Below, piece by piece: positions 1-13,991 of a stretch of DNA of 64,000 nt. The stretch comes from Podospora anserina (lineage: Eukaryota), in NCBI GenBank assembly GCA_017654855.1, contig CM030338.1:2418001-2482000 (forward strand). Direction: 5' to 3'. Numbering within the stretch: position 1 is the stretch's first letter; each line of letters begins with the position of its first letter. Made by a program: the position numbers and the translations under genes. A model generated the notes under the pieces. That model had not been told where the DNA came from. It was given only the letters and a program-made list of their open reading frames with translations, and searched no databases.

Positions 1-45
1 TTATTTCCCCGACTGTCCACCGCTCGTTCGAGTCCAGCCGCCAAA

Positions 46-1605
46 ATGACCACCGAGGAGAAGCCCGTCGGTCAGTACACACCCCCCTTCCCTTCGCCTT
101 GCTACATAGGATCCCCATGCCTTGCTTCTTGTCTCTTTTTTGTACAGGACAGGACCACCTTGGGCTCCCCATCATGCGCCCGCCCGATGCTAACCTTGTT
201 TTTCCCGCCATAAAGACTACACTCTGAACAACCCCGACACCCTCACCAAGTACAAGACCGCCGCCCAGATCTCGGAGAAGGTCTTGGCCGAGGTATCGAA
301 GCTATGCGTCGCTGGTAGCAAGATCGTCGACATCTGCGAAAAGGGCGACAAGCTCATCGAGGAGGAAGTTGCCAAGGTTTACCGCGGCAAGAAGATCACC
401 AAGGGTACGTTAAGAGGTGCCCGACCTGGGATCCTGCCTGCCACACCTTGACATGTCGCCACTGGCTCCCGATACCCCCTGAGCTTGTGCTTGTGCCGGT
501 TGTTGGTGTTGACACAGATTTTTCCGCCCATCTATAGGTTTCTCTCATCCCACCACCGTCTCCCCGGCTGCCTTTGTCACTCCTTACACCCCCCTGAAGA
601 CGGACGAGAAGGAGGCTGCGACTGAGATCCAGGCCGGCGAGCCCATCAAGATCCAGCTCGGTGCCCAGATCGATGGCTTCGGCTCCATCGTTTGCGACAC
701 CGTCGTCGCCCCCGAGAAGGAGGGAGCCGAGCCCGTCATCGAGGGCCGCACTGCCGACCTTCTCCTGGCCACCTACTATGTCAACGAGCTCCTCCTTCGG
801 TTGATGATCCCCCCTGGACTTTTGGCCAGCGGCACCGAAGAGGAGAAGGCCAAGGCTGCTTCCGTCAAGCCTCCCTCGCAGTCCAAGATCTCCAGCCTTT
901 TGGAGAAGGTCGCTCAGGCCTACGACTGCAACATTGTTGAAAGCACGACCTCGTGGCTCTTTGACCGCAACGAGATCGAGGGCTCCAAGAAGATTGTCAT
1001 CTCTCCTGGCGAGGGCACCAAGGGCGAGGGCGTCCCCGAGGTCGGTGAGGTCTGGGGTGTCGAGGTTGGCGTCAGCTTGGGCTCTGGCAAGGTCAAGCAG
1101 TTTGAGCAAAGAACGACTCTGCACCGCCGCACCACCAACACATACGCCCTCAAGCGTCCCACCTCGCGCAAGATCCTCTCCGAGGTGCAGAAGAAGTTTG
1201 GCACCTTCCCCTTCAGCTTGCGCCAGCTCGAGGATGAGCGTGATGCCAAGTCTGGCATCATCGAGTGTGTCCGTGGCAATGTGATCCGTCAGTACGAGGC
1301 CAGTGGCGAGAAGGACGGCGAGCCTGTTGCCAGACTTTTGACCACCGTTGGTAAGAAACATTTGGAATTCCACGTCATTCTAGGACAGCTGCAGACAGAG
1401 ATGTGCTGACAAATGATTGATTGTAGCCATCACCAAGAACGGCCTCTCCAAGGTTGGTGCTCCCCCTGCTTTGGACCTCGCCAAGGTGAAGTCGGACAAG
1501 AAGATTGTGGATGAGGAGATCCTCAAGATTCTTGAGCAGCCCCTGTCCCGCAACACGGGCAAGAAGAACAAGAACAAGAAGAAGAAGGCCGAGGGCGAGG
1601 AGTAA
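46..1605 (+). CDS. Curved DNA-binding protein Cdb4 / Ebp1(PA2G4)-like, M24 peptidase fold; 4 exons (46-70, 216-404, 538-1350, 1427-1605)
   Basis: Spliced translation MTTEEKPVDYTLNNPDTLTKYKTAAQISEKVL...GFSHPTTVS...KIQLGAQIDGF...YALKRPTSRKILSEVQKKFGTFPFSLRQL...KKNKNKKKK; canonical GT/CTRAC/AG introns keep the frame. Confidence 0.9.
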
Positions 1606-3173
1606 ACGCAACGGCGGGTTGAATATGGGGGGCATTGAGCTGGATTCAGCGTCGCTACCCGAGCACAGGAATGTCCGGGGTGCAAACACCTCCTCCAGGC
1701 AGCTTCTCGGCTCTCCGGCCGCAACGGCTTTGTTACGTGGAGGACTGGGCTTGAAGTGCCCAGCAGAACAGTAGGGACAGTCGAGCAACGGCAAGCTGGG
1801 AGGGGCAAAGCGAAAGGTGTGGGGATGTGGTAGGAGAAAAAGGTTTTCTATCCATTACCCCCGCCGCCTTGGCTTATCGCTGTTTCTTAGTTCGAGCAGA
1901 AATGAATAAAAAAAGTTAATCGCACTTTGGCAACCCTTGCAGCTGAGTGAACAGTAGGTATGAAGTTAGTGACGCTAGGTGGTGACGCTATGAGGCGTGT
2001 GTCAACGTCGGGTGAGTGGCGTCAGGATGGAGGACGTGGGAGGACGGGGAGGGGGAGGAAAGGGGGGGGGATGGATGGGAGTGTAGTCATCGGCGGGGTC
2101 TGGAGCAAGATGAGGTGGAGGAGGTGTCGGGTGAGAGGAGCAAGCTGGGATTCACTTGAATATTGTGTTGTTGACATGGATTGTTTTCTCGAGGCAGGTC
2201 CTATTGTGTGCTATTGTTGTAGGTGGTGGCCTATTGTGCTGGCTGGCAGCTGCAAGACGGAAGGAAGGAGGGGGTTTTTTTTTGGCAGAGCAAGAAACAC
2301 AACCAACCCCCTAGCCCCCCTGAAGCAGAACAGCCCCCTGCGACCTAAAGTTTACCACTCACTTTTTTTCATCCACAACCTTCATCTCCTTTCTCGCCCA
2401 CATCAATCATCGCCGACCTGTGGCCATCGGCATACTCATCTTATCATTCACCACTGCCTAGATATACAGGCAACGCAGCAAATCAAGGGCGCGCCGAGCA
2501 ACGCGTCACTTATCTCATCCATCAACTCAAGTCGGCAGCCAAGGAGAGCGAGCGACCAAGCAGCTCACAAACAGAGAACTCTCAGGGCATCACGCTCGAC
2601 GACAGCAGACAAGAAGCGACTCGCTCGAGATCAAAAAACCATCCTCACTTCCTTTTCATTTTGATCCCGAAAAATCAGGATCAATTTTTTCCACGTGTGT
2701 TGGTCCTATTTTTTCCACCGAGGAGAGGAAAATCGGGCGCAGGCAGGCTGCTCAGTGCTGAAGCTTAACCTACAGTGGCACCCCCCTGGTCAGGCCCGTC
2801 GCCCGTCACCTCCGACCACAAGATCTCCGTCTGGAGCGACACACCCCCCCCCCCCTACACACCTCCTTTCCCGCACCCTTTTCTTCCACAAAAGCTACCA
2901 GCAATCGCGCGTTCAACGCCGGAAAAACGCGACGATTTTTGCAACGATTCCCACTCTGGAGCAGACACCAGGTACGTCTTGTGCGCCTTGTTTTTTGTCT
3001 GCAGCCATGCTAACACGTTGCGCAGGCGCGAAACGAACCACGGCGTGCGTTGGTTCCATCAAAGAAGGGGGCGAACGAGGCCGAGTCGCCCAGGAGCTGC
3101 TCTTGCTGATTCCCGCACTGCACCACCTACCACACCCACGCTCGCACCCGCGACCGCAGCTGCGAGCCCTATC

Positions 3174-6100
3174 ATGCCAGTAACCACAATATCTTCCAAC
3201 ACGCGGGCCTCTCGGTCGCGTTTTTCGAGTCCGCAAGTCACGGCGTCCGAGTCCACCACAAAGGAGTCTTCGGCCGCCGCCGTCTCTGCTGCCGAGGGCA
3301 GAGAGCCAAAGAAGAGCACTTTCTTGGAGCGCTGGTTGGAGCCTCCAGTGCAGAGCAAGCCCAGTTATCAGGAAGCAGGCCTTGTGCGGCAGGGCGTCTT
3401 TGACAATATGGCACCTCTGGGCACCATGCCGAAGCTCGGCGTCTTCAAGTCTTCGAGCGCCGCGACACCAACACCAGCCGCCAACCCCCCCAAGACCAGA
3501 ATTGTTCTCAAGTCGAGCAGACCTGCGGCGCCATCTACGCCCACCCCTGCGGCGCCGCCACCACCTCCTCCGCCGGCGCCTGAGGAGGACGAGACGGAGG
3601 AGGAGGACGAGACGGCCGAGCCATACACGGAAGCCCCCTACCTGGAGCGGATCAAGAGCGAGGACAGAGGTCGTGCCGAAGGCATCAATTACAGGGAGAC
3701 GACTCCTGCAGTGAGTGCACCCTCGCGCTCACATGGCTCTTTTTCTTCGCGTGACGTGGAGGCGGGCAACTGGGGTCCGGGCAGGATGTCGCAGGTGTCG
3801 TCGGCCGACCGCAGAAGTCAGTCCCGGGCAAGCGCCTCATCGCATCCTTCTCATCATCATCATATTCAGCAGCAACCGTCCACAAGCAGTGCGTCTCGTG
3901 AGGATGATTTGAAAAAGATCACGGCCAAGGTGGTGGAGGCTGCGGTTGAGGCAGCGCTGCAGTTTTGTCGCTACCCCACTGCCTGGGCCCTGCGCACCCT
4001 CTACGATGAAAATTGCACTAGCCTGGAATTTCTCACCATGATCGAGAAGGTGTTCATGCAGAAGGCGGACGCACCCACGCTCAGCAAGTTTGCTAAGGAT
4101 ATCCAGAAGAAAAAGAAGGAGGGCAAGGCCTCCAACCAGGGATTCCAATACTTTTTTGGCCACGAACAAACCTCGATCCCGCCGGCGAAGCCTGCGCCCT
4201 ACAACCATCTCATCAACTTTGGCGTGTCGCTTCTTCACTTTAAGGAATCAGAACCAGCCCCCAAGACCGAGAGGCAATCGACGTTCGATCGTCATACTGA
4301 ACAGCCCGAGCCTGAGCCAGAAACTCGAACAGTCCCAGCCCCAGCCTGTGCATCACCACAGCAGCAAGAGTCGCCAGCGCAGCCAGAGCCGGCGCAGGAA
4401 CCGGTGCAGCTGCCATTGCGGGAAGCGACACCACTTCCCGCCGCTGTCGCCGAGAGCCCCCCGGTTGTTGAAGACTCTGTCGGGCCTCTCCCGTCAGACC
4501 CAGAGCCTGTTGGCACCACAGCGCCCGATACCGAGCCAGAGCAGACGCCTGAGCTCCCACAGCGCAACGAGCCTCAGGTTGAGCCGGAGCGTCAAGAGGA
4601 CAAAGAGCCAGAGGAGCCCCCTCGCAAGAAACGAAAATCAGCTCGACATTCAGAGGCGACATCCAAAAAGATGATGGAAGCAGCCGCCGCCGCCAGCGCG
4701 ACGACGACGACGACCCAAGAGGTCGACGGCAAGCTGGTCGCAGAGACACCGCGCCGCCGCACCAGAGCGACGTCTCATTCCAGCACATCAACGCTATCCA
4801 CGGCACGCTCACTGTCACTGACACCTGTAGCAGCCCGGCATCAGGCGATTGAAAATGAAGAGGAGGCCCTGGTCTCCGATGCGCCTCCTTCGCGCAACAG
4901 CCCTGCCCCGGCCCAGCCAATCAATGGCAAGCGGCGTCGGTCCAATGCACCACGCAAGAGCAAGGGCGGGAACGTGTCACCCTCCCGGCGCTCGTCTGTT
5001 GCTTCGGCTGCGCCGCGTCCTGTTCAGTCGGCCAGCAACTCCCGCCGCCAGACGCCAGCCGTTGACCAGTCGCTTGTCGATGAGGAGCCCTACGACCCCG
5101 GCGCCACCGTCGACACATTCATCACCAGCCTGAACGGCAAGAAGAACAAGCCCGCCATCGTGTTTACCAGCAAGGTCGGCAAGCTTGACGAGAACGACGA
5201 AAAGACTCAGCGTCGTCGCCAGGCCAAGGAAGTCACCAACGGCAAGATTCTTGAGGATGCCATCACGAAGAAGGATGCCAGCGGTCAGTGGGAGTACAGC
5301 AACGCTCGAGGGCTCGTCGACCAGCCTTTAGCCGATGAATCCATGATGACGATGGAGACACCCAACGCGTTGGCCACACGGCTGCGGGCCACTCTACCCG
5401 CCTCCCGCTCTACCCCGGCTGCTCGGGAAGGCAGAAGCACCCGGTCTGCCCGGAAGCGATCTCATGATGAGGTTGAAGATCCAACGTCGCCCATCACGCC
5501 AGGCTTTCCCAACTCAGCCGCGCCTTCTACTGCCGCCAACTCACGTGCTGGCACACCTGCCACTCTGCGCCCTGCCAAGAAGGCCCGCACCGGGCTCAGA
5601 GTTAAGAATTCGTAAGTGCTTCCTGGATGACGGAGAATCAATCTACAATCTACTGACATGGTTTGTGTAGGCCCATGAAGAAAAAGACGGGTCCCTTGGC
5701 AGGTATTCCCCGTCCCAGCGGCGAGCGGAGCAGTCCCGTCGGCAACGGTCCCGTCGGCAATCCTCAGGTAAGCAAGCACCTTTGATTTCATCAAATTTCA
5801 TCTCTGCCCTGCGATATCCTTGAATGCGAGTGCATCATGGTTCAGAGACACACACGCGTGTGTGTGTGTGTCCCACACCTACCTTACCCTTTTGTCCCCT
5901 CCCACGACATCACTAGTAGTCCCCCCCTCCCCTCCCAAAAAAAAAAAAAAAAAAAAAGAAACTCTGCGAAATTACCACAGTCATGACCAGCAAAGAGGTA
6001 ACTAACCATGCACAGGATGACAACGACGATTATTGCGCCTCTTGCAGCAGCAACGGCGAGCTCATCTGCTGCGACGGCTGCACCCGGTCGTTTCACTTCA

Positions 6101-7490
6101 ATTGTGTCGATCCCCCGTTGGCACGAGATGCGATGCCTAACGAGTGGTTTTGCAACGTGTGCCGCATGACGCGCGAACTGCAACCTTTCCGCGAGCACAC
6201 GGGATCCTTTGCCCTGCTTTTTGAGAAGCTCGAGGCCAAGAACTCGACCGCTTTTGCCTTGCCGCCCGACATCCGTAACTGCTTCGAGGGAGTCCGCACA
6301 GGACCCGAGGGCGAGTATGAGGAGATTCTGCCAGTCGTCAAGACTGCTCGCAAGAAGAAGAGCGATGAAGAGGCGCCTGATTTCTTCAGGCTCCGCGATG
6401 CCGAGGGCAATGCTGCCATCTGCCACAGCTGCCAGAAACACAGCGCTTCGGACCGCGCCATTATCCCGTGCAGCGCCTGTGGTATCTTTTGGCATCTCGA
6501 CTGCCTAGATCCGCCCTTGGCCAACCCCCCAGTCCTGCGCACGTGGAAGTGCCCTCTCCATATTGACGAGCTCTTGGCTGAGATGCCCGAGGTGCTCGCT
6601 CCTGCCCACCGGGTCCGCAAGCCCAAGACGGCCGGTGTGATTCGGCCTGCTTTCAGCCGCGGCTTCATCAACGACGGCTACATCGACGTCGCTCTCGAGG
6701 AAGACACGCCCGCCAGCAGCTGGCGGAACAGCGAGGCGTACGGCCGCACTGTGCGCCTTCCGGAGAGGGGTATCAGGGCCGACTTTCTGTCTCGGTAAGT
6801 GACTGCATCGTGTTGTTGGACGACCGAATCGCCAGACTAACTTTTTGCAGCGCTCGCTTCAACCGCAAGGGGAAGCCTATCCCGCCATTGAATGCGGCAA
6901 CGACCCCAGCCGTTCCGCTTACGCAACGGACTCTTGAGGAGCAGCAAGCCGTTCGCAACCTGGCCCAGCTCAGCGGCCAGGGGACTGCCCCCATCACCAC
7001 CTTGATCGATACACTGATCGCCCAGGCCGACCCATGCGTCGTCAATCTCATGTCTCGTGGGAGCGCCGATCACTTCCAGTCCGCCGAGCAGCTCACTCGG
7101 ATGGACCAGCAGAGCTTGCGCGCTATGCTGGCCCAGGCCGAGGTCATGTCGCAGCAAATCCGGCAGCTCCTCAGCTCTGGCGCCAACGGGACTGCACCTG
7201 CGGTTCCTAGCCTGACGACCTCGATGTCCATTGATGGCGACTCCGAGGCCGACAAAGTGGCTCCATCCCCGGCTGCCACCGATGATGTCCCCGCCATGAC
7301 CCAAGGCGAAAAGACGCCTGCCCTGGGCGACCAATCTCCCGAGGCTCCCCTGGAGGAGAACCCAAGCAAGGATGCCAACTTGCCGACCACACCGACCAAG
7401 GCCACCTCGGTCGGAACCGAGCCCGCCATCGTTGAATCCAACAGCGATGACAAGAACTCGGTCGACGGGGACGTCATGGACCTCGAGTAG
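3174..7490 (+). CDS. Large double-PHD-finger chromatin protein (Rco1/Cph-like); exons 3174-5611, 5671-5767, 6016-6794, 6851-7490
   Basis: PHD1 DDYCASCSSNGELICCDGCTRSFHFNCVDPPL...WFCNVC and PHD2 CHSCQK...IIPCSACGIFWHLDCLDPPL...WKCPLH; long low-complexity N-terminus; start taken as the first ATG in the open frame. Confidence 0.82.
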
Positions 7491-7703
7491 ACGCATTTTT
7501 TTTCTACTATTCTACATACAAACCGTTGCGTAGGCAACATGGCTTTTTGAGAAAGGTTGTGGAGCAAGTAACGGTCTGAAGAGCCGGGTTTGTTTTTACC
7601 TTACGGTTCAATTAGATATTACACGGACGACTCGAGAAGGAGCTACAAAGCAGAGAGTTGTTCACAAGCGCCGATTAATTGCACCGGCGGCGCGGTCCTT
7701 TTT

Positions 7704-7705
<2 letters not shown>

Positions 7706-7738
<33 letters not shown>
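7706..7738 (+). repeat. Poly(T) tract (33 nt) downstream of the PHD gene
   Basis: Direct read. Confidence 0.9.
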
Positions 7739-8925
7739 CAGTCGTGTTTATAACCGAACATACCTTTAGACTCGGTCTTTTATTTCACGCAATCGGGTTG
7801 ATACATTTTTCTTCGGGTGGTTTTTCCCCCCGACATCCTTGACACCAAACAACCTGAGCTTTTTTCGATTTGGGGCACTGGGTTTGGGGGGTTTGGGATT
7901 TTTAACATCATACCTGGGAGTTTTTTTTATGGCGGGGGTTGGTTGGGTTGGGAAAGGGATTTGGGAGGGAGCGAAGGTTTTGTCATTTTCTGTTTGTTGG
8001 GTGGGTCAATAAAAAGAGCGATGGGCAAGGGGGTGAAGGAGAGGCGGTGATGGTGGCGCTGGTGCTGGTGGTGGTCTTCTTTCGATTTATTGTTTTTGTT
8101 TGTGTACCATTAGCGAGAAAGGCGCATTTTTGCGAGAGGAAATTAAGCATCAGTGGTTTTAAAGAAGCGGATTTGCTTATGCGTCCACGACTGCGGTGTG
8201 TATGACACACTGACTTGGGGTTGGGGTTAGGGGTTTGGGATTCCTTTGTTGGGTCTTTGTCAACAGTTGGCAAAGGGGCCCCTTTATTAGCCTCGACGGG
8301 GGGTTGGTGGTGGTCTGGACTTGAGTGACTGGACTAGGTACTTGGCCTGGCTGGGTATATGGCGATGGAGCATGGGAGTTGGGAGGGAAGGGAAGGTGGT
8401 AGACGGGATGCGCTTGACTTGTGGGAAGACCTCAGACCTGGACGTTTGGCGACTGGGTTTATGAACAGACGGGATTGGGCTTGAGGGATGGATGTTCTAC
8501 AGTGCCTGCCTCTCTGGATGGGGGAATTCGTTGGTCACCTGGGAGAAGAGAGGTCTTAGTTACACAGAGGGTATAAATTCATGGGTTACATTTATGTCGG
8601 GTGGTTTGGCGACTTTGTGACTTGTCTCATGGGTGCATGATTGGTGACGGTTTCAAGTCCTTTCCTTTCCACCCACCCCAGTCCGCTATTTATCATGTTT
8701 CGGATTACATGACTCGTCTGGCTTCATATCGCCTTGGTTTCTTCTGTAAGGATGGGTGTGGTTACTACGTGTCATGTCCGAAACACTTATTCCCCTTTCC
8801 TTTTCGGCTGAATATCGAGTGGTGACTTGCCAACTGCCTGGCTGGTGATATTTTGTGGTTATGCTGAGCCGAGAAAGATGTGAGACATAGGACCTAACTC
8901 TGCTGCCAACGTCATCAATGAACCA

Positions 8926-8996
8926 GCATCAGTGGTTTAGTGGTAAAATCCATCGTTGCCATCGATGGGCCCCGTGTTCGATTCACGGCTGATGCA
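8926..8996 (+). tRNA. tRNA-Gly(GCC), intronless
   Basis: GCATCAG acceptor pairs with CTGATGC-A; D-loop AGTGGTA; anticodon arm CATCG-TT-GCC-AT-CGATG; T-loop GTTCGATT; T-run follows. Confidence 0.97.
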
Positions 8997-9437
8997 TATC
9001 AACTTCTCTTTTGCATTTTTTGCATTCCTTCTCTATACACTCCGTCACTTTTCTTCTCGCTACTTTTAGTTTTCATTTCAGGCTGTTATGCTTTCTTTCT
9101 TGATACCTGCGTCAATGTTCTTCTTCATCTCTGGATTAACTGCAAAATAACCAACCCAATCAAACAATGCCTCAGATACAATGAACACCATGGCGGTAAA
9201 ATCTGGCATTTTCCTACATGGGTACTCTTCCGTAAATGCCCTCGATAGTACTAGAAATATCCCTCACTACCAGTAAACACCCCTCCAACATCTTCAGGTA
9301 CTCACTCCCACCCTCTCAGTTATGCAACACCCACAAACAACCCATACACCAAACCACCCCTTCCCTCAAACCAAAACCTACCCCTCCCCCTCCCCAATCC
9401 ACTCCATCTCTGCTTCATGCCCCCCTCCCCCCCCCTC

Positions 9438-12400
9438 CTAAGAAACATAAGCAAAACTACTCCCCCTACAAAGCAACCAAAACTCCCTCACAACCTGATT
9501 CGTCTGCCTCGCCCCCCTCAGCCCAACCACCTTTTTCAAAAACGCCGCCCTCTCAGCCATGCTAACCCTCTCCGCCGCCGCACTTGGAAAACCGCCGCCG
9601 TTCCCCCCCTCATCTGTCCTCGTCAGCGCCCCCTCCAGCCAAGCTTGCGCCTGAACCTGCTGAGTAACCAGCTTCTTGAGCGGTTCACTGAGTTTATCCA
9701 GCTCTGATCTGGCAGCATTCCCGCCAATATTGTTGATTAATGTTTGCGCCAACAACGGGCCAAAGTAAGACATTGCGTTGGAGACGTGGGAGGCGAGGTT
9801 TGGGGAGGGGGGTTTGAGGGTTATAAAGTTGCTCTATGAAAAAAAAAAAAAGGTTAGTGTGGTTTGGGAGCAAAGGGAGGTGGGGGGTTAACATACCCAA
9901 AAGTCAGCTGCGGCAGTTTTGGGAAGGGGTTCCTTCCCGTTGAGGACTTTGAGCGTGAACATGAAAAAAAACTCGAGCATTTGCCCCGGTTGGACTTGGA
10001 AGAGGACTTCGGGGTATTTGGACAGGACTCTGTCGATGAGGCAGATGCCGTTTTGGGAGATTTCCGTGTCTGCTTCTGGTTCTGGGGCTGTGTCAGCTAG
10101 GTGTGATGAGATAGTGAGAAAAAGGGGTGTGGAGGGTTACCTGGGAGCTTCTGAAGCAAGGCAATGACCCATGGCAACAGGCGGACGAGCTGATTCGGCA
10201 CAATCGCCTTTGGCCCTCTGTATAGCGACCCCACAAAGGAGCAAGCGGTGCTGAGAAGCGTTCCCATCCGAGGCGTCTCAAACGGCTGTTGAACAAAGTA
10301 GTTGGTGACGATGTCAGCAGGGAAGACAAATGGGCCTGGTTCCGTCTCTGAGAACCCAGCACGCAGGATGTTGCAGATAATCTCTACAATCTCTCCTGTA
10401 GTGCTGAAAACTTGCTGAACGCCTATGAGAAGGCTGACAATGTCGGACTGTAGCGCAGCAAGCTTCTCGCTTGTTCTGGCAACCTGCGATTCGTCTTCCA
10501 AATCCACAGGAGACTCCTTGACATCTTGCATGCCTTTCGACATGCTGGCAATGCACCTCATTGACCGAAGTGCAATGTGGAGGGAGATGCCCTCCACAAG
10601 TGGAAGAGATGAGGGAATAGGGGGATCAAGACCCCTCAGGACATTTGGGTTTGTCAGGTCCACCAAGCCAGGCTGTGATCTGAGCTGGACGGCGAACTCA
10701 AAGTCCTTCTTGAAGATCGTGTAAAGCTCCTCGAATTTCTGCAGCTTCTCATTTTCGTCCGTGATGGACTGGATGATGGAGGCAACGGCAAGCACGATCC
10801 TCTCCTCGGCTAGAGCATCAAGCACCTGTCTTCCACGGATGTCCTGGTAGTGTCTGATGAATGTGCCGGCCTCGCCAGTCAAAATGGTACGGCACGAAGA
10901 GCAAAGGGTAGAGATCGACCGTGCCGAAGGGCCACCGAGAACAGAGTCCCCCACAGCAGCGAAGAGAAGATTCAGGGCATTCGGCAGGTAGTCTGCATGG
11001 CGCTCAAAGTACTCGCAGTACCTCTCGATCAACGACAGCCCCGTCTGGCGGAGGCGCAGTGGTACGGCGGCTTGGCCCTGACCAAGAAGGTCAAAGAATT
11101 GAGAAGCAAAGACCTTGCTCAGCTCGGCATCATACTTGCTGTCCTCAGAGATACAATCGGAGAGAGCACCAAGACAGAACGCCGTGGCCTCAAGCTCGGC
11201 CCACGACTGTGAGGCGAGCGCTTGAAGGAAGAGGTTGGCGAAGAAAGAAATGAGATCCAGACCTTCGAGGGTGAAAACTGACTGAAGCATATCTGCAACA
11301 TCCTTTCTGGCGTCACAGAATGCAGCACGCTCAGCAGAGTCCCATTCAGCAAAGATTTCTGCTGAGGGCCACTGGATCTTGCGCCAGCTGTTTGTCACCA
11401 CCGCCTTAAGGTGCCGTTCAGCATATGGTTTCCAGACAGGTGACTGATCCCCGTCCGAGAAGGTGCAGTCGATCATTGTTTCAATGAAGGTTGACCAGAA
11501 CTCGAGGGCGGGCACGAAGATGGCGTCATCTCCGACCAAGTACCCGTCAGTGGCAAGAAGCCCACTTAAGCTTTCCAGGAATCTCTGAGACCGCTCGTCT
11601 GTACCCTCCAGCAAGGCTTGCACCTGGGCATCGCCGTAGGCTAGCATCAGTAGTCCAAAAGAAATTCCATCCTCGCGGTGGTTCCCGTGGAGAATTTGCT
11701 GATAGTGGTTCGCAGCCCACTGGCTTTCAAAGAAAGAAGAAAGCGCGTCATAGTGCGCTTTGGTGAAGAAACCCGAGTAGTTCTGCAGCACATCACTGAA
11801 GAGCTCGGCGGTAGCTTGAAAAAGATGTTCGTTGGTGAAGCATTGCAATGCTGGATCAACCAGTTGTCGGAGTGGTGTCACCAACAGGTCTACATCGGAC
11901 GACGCTCGTTGGGCGTAAAGGATCCAAGCCTAGGTCTAGTGTTGGCTCCTTCATCTGTCAAGAACATGATGCCGTCGATGTGACTTACCTGGAAGCATGC
12001 CAGTGTTTCCTCCTGAGTCTTGAGCCCGACCTCGTCAATAGGTGGAACAAAGCCGCGGGCGAGGAGACAAGTGGCGTCCTGGCCGTTTTTGGCGAGTCTT
12101 TGGTGGACATCTGCACTGTACTATCGTAAGTAGTCATCACATTTCGTAGATCGAAGGAACTTACTATTTGATCGAGTTCATGTCGGTCTTGCCGACTTCC
12201 TCCACCAACGACGTGACAAACCAAATAGCCACCTTGAGGTTCTGGCTATCCAGATTACCCACGAGGATGTCTGTCGACAAGGCATCATCTAGATTCTCTA
12301 TGGGCACGCCTCTGCCGAGATCCAGGCAATAGATAAAATGACGAACGCAGGCGGGCCACACGTGGGAGAAAAGTACAAAGTAGGTAATGAGCGCCGAACA

Positions 12401-12876
12401 CAGCTTCTTGGTAACGAAGGGAGCCGCCCCGTCGCTCAGCGACTGGATGGTCCAGCTGATGATGTTCTCAAGAAGAAGCTTGGCATCGTCTTCATTCAGA
12501 CCAGCGCTACATACATGGTTAGTGTTCAGGTCTTGATGGTGGCGAGGAGGGCCGCACTGGAGCTATGTACCTATCTCGGTTGAGTTTGACAATCAGGGTT
12601 AGCGCGGCGTAAAACCTGATGTTGTCTTCTGGGTGAGCAATGAGACTCTCGGCAAGCTGCCACCCTTCCGGTGACCTCTGAAGTCGCTGAAGAACCTCTT
12701 GTATTCTGGAGATGGTTTCAGGGGGGTTTGGCTGATAGAGCGCTCGGATCAACTGTGGGTTGGGTGTTAACACATGATTTCTTTTTCGTTTGCGAGCAGC
12801 CACCCAGCTGGCGGCAGGAGACATCACTTACTGCTTCCACCTCGGCGAGGCTTGTTGGTAGTGGTAACGGATCCAT
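9438..12876 (-). CDS. Importin-beta family karyopherin (importin-13/Kap122/transportin-SR-like), multi-exon
   Basis: N-terminus MDPLPLPTSLAEVEA|LIRALYQP...IQEVLQRLQRSPEGWQLA...NIRFYAALTLIVKLNRD; HEAT-repeat body (ALEFWSTF, WAELEATAFCLGAL); C-terminus GGNAARSELDKLSEPLKKL...FWLLCRGSSFAY. Confidence 0.85.
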
Positions 12877-13991
12877 AGCCGTGTTGGATAAGTTTGGTTT
12901 AAAGTTGGTTTCTGATGTTGCAGTTGTGTGTCGTCTGGTCTGAAAAAGATGAAGTGTTGTTAGAGGTCGGGTGTCAAGAGAAGTGGTTCTGATTGGTTGA
13001 CCTTTTTCCTAGCAGACAAGCTCGGTCCTTCCCTTGTTAGTGAACCTTGCTGATGTTATGGATAGTTTATTTGTTCTGTGTGGCAGAATGGACACCTAAA
13101 ATCAGGAGAACTGTCTTTGGGAAATTCTTTTTGCTTACCTATTGTATGGGCTGAATGTTATTCGGTCGTGGCTGCCTTGTTGGACATTTCAGTGATGCTA
13201 GGCAACTCTTACTCTCTAGTGGGGTTCCCCTTATCGAGTTTGATATCAGCAATATGTCTCTATTGAAGAGTGCTTGTATATTCAACAGCGTTGCTAGTTT
13301 GGTCATTCCCTTCAGCTGGAGATCGAGGACACACCTCAAGTTCCGACCACACTCTTATCAGCTGTCGTTGCTGCACCCCATATACACCACTCACAAGTGT
13401 CACCCTCAGGTTCCCGTGCGGGTGAGACCATGCATCATGTGGATAACCATACGGCAAGCCAGTTGACGGTACTGGTGGAGGCCAGTCCTTTCAACAGAAT
13501 GCCACGTGAGGTCTCCCAGAGCTCCCAATCTATCACAATGGTTACCTTCAGGAGCATCAGAAACTTGCCGCGAAATGCCGTCTTCATTTACATGGGAGAT
13601 GCTGCCCGGGTTCCCCCTTCCCAATACGGCGGCGGGGCCAGCGCCTTGCAGAGGAGCGGGCAGCATAGGGTGGGGCTCGATGCACTGAATGCGGGCAACC
13701 TCACCCACTCAAGGACCCCTCATCAGCTCCCACCAAGCTAGCACTTAACTTGGGAATCTGAGAAGCCCACGACAACGCAACTCAACCAACCAACCATCTT
13801 CAAGAAGCCGGTCTTTGAGAACAATTCAAGGCTTGCTCCGGTTGTGGGACGCTTCTTCTATTGTTTCGTTATACCCTTCCGTCCCCTGCATTCCGGCACT
13901 TTCTTCGGTGCCGGCCAACACGTTGTGAGTGGTGTGTTTGGTCCGACCAACCCACCTCGCCAATAGATATATAGAGACTACCTGCCTCCTC

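Noticed and set aside
396-1373. 325-aa minus-strand ORF (and similar ones such as 36580-37629 and 62951-63799)
   Set aside because: Antisense shadows of well-supported genes caused by codon bias; no motifs of their own
1960-2664. 234-aa ORF between the first two genes
   Set aside because: Runs through homopolymer-rich promoter-like sequence; no recognisable protein features
2775-3173. GTG-initiated N-terminal extension of the PHD protein
   Set aside because: The ORF track allows non-ATG starts; the segment contains an intron and reads like 5' UTR
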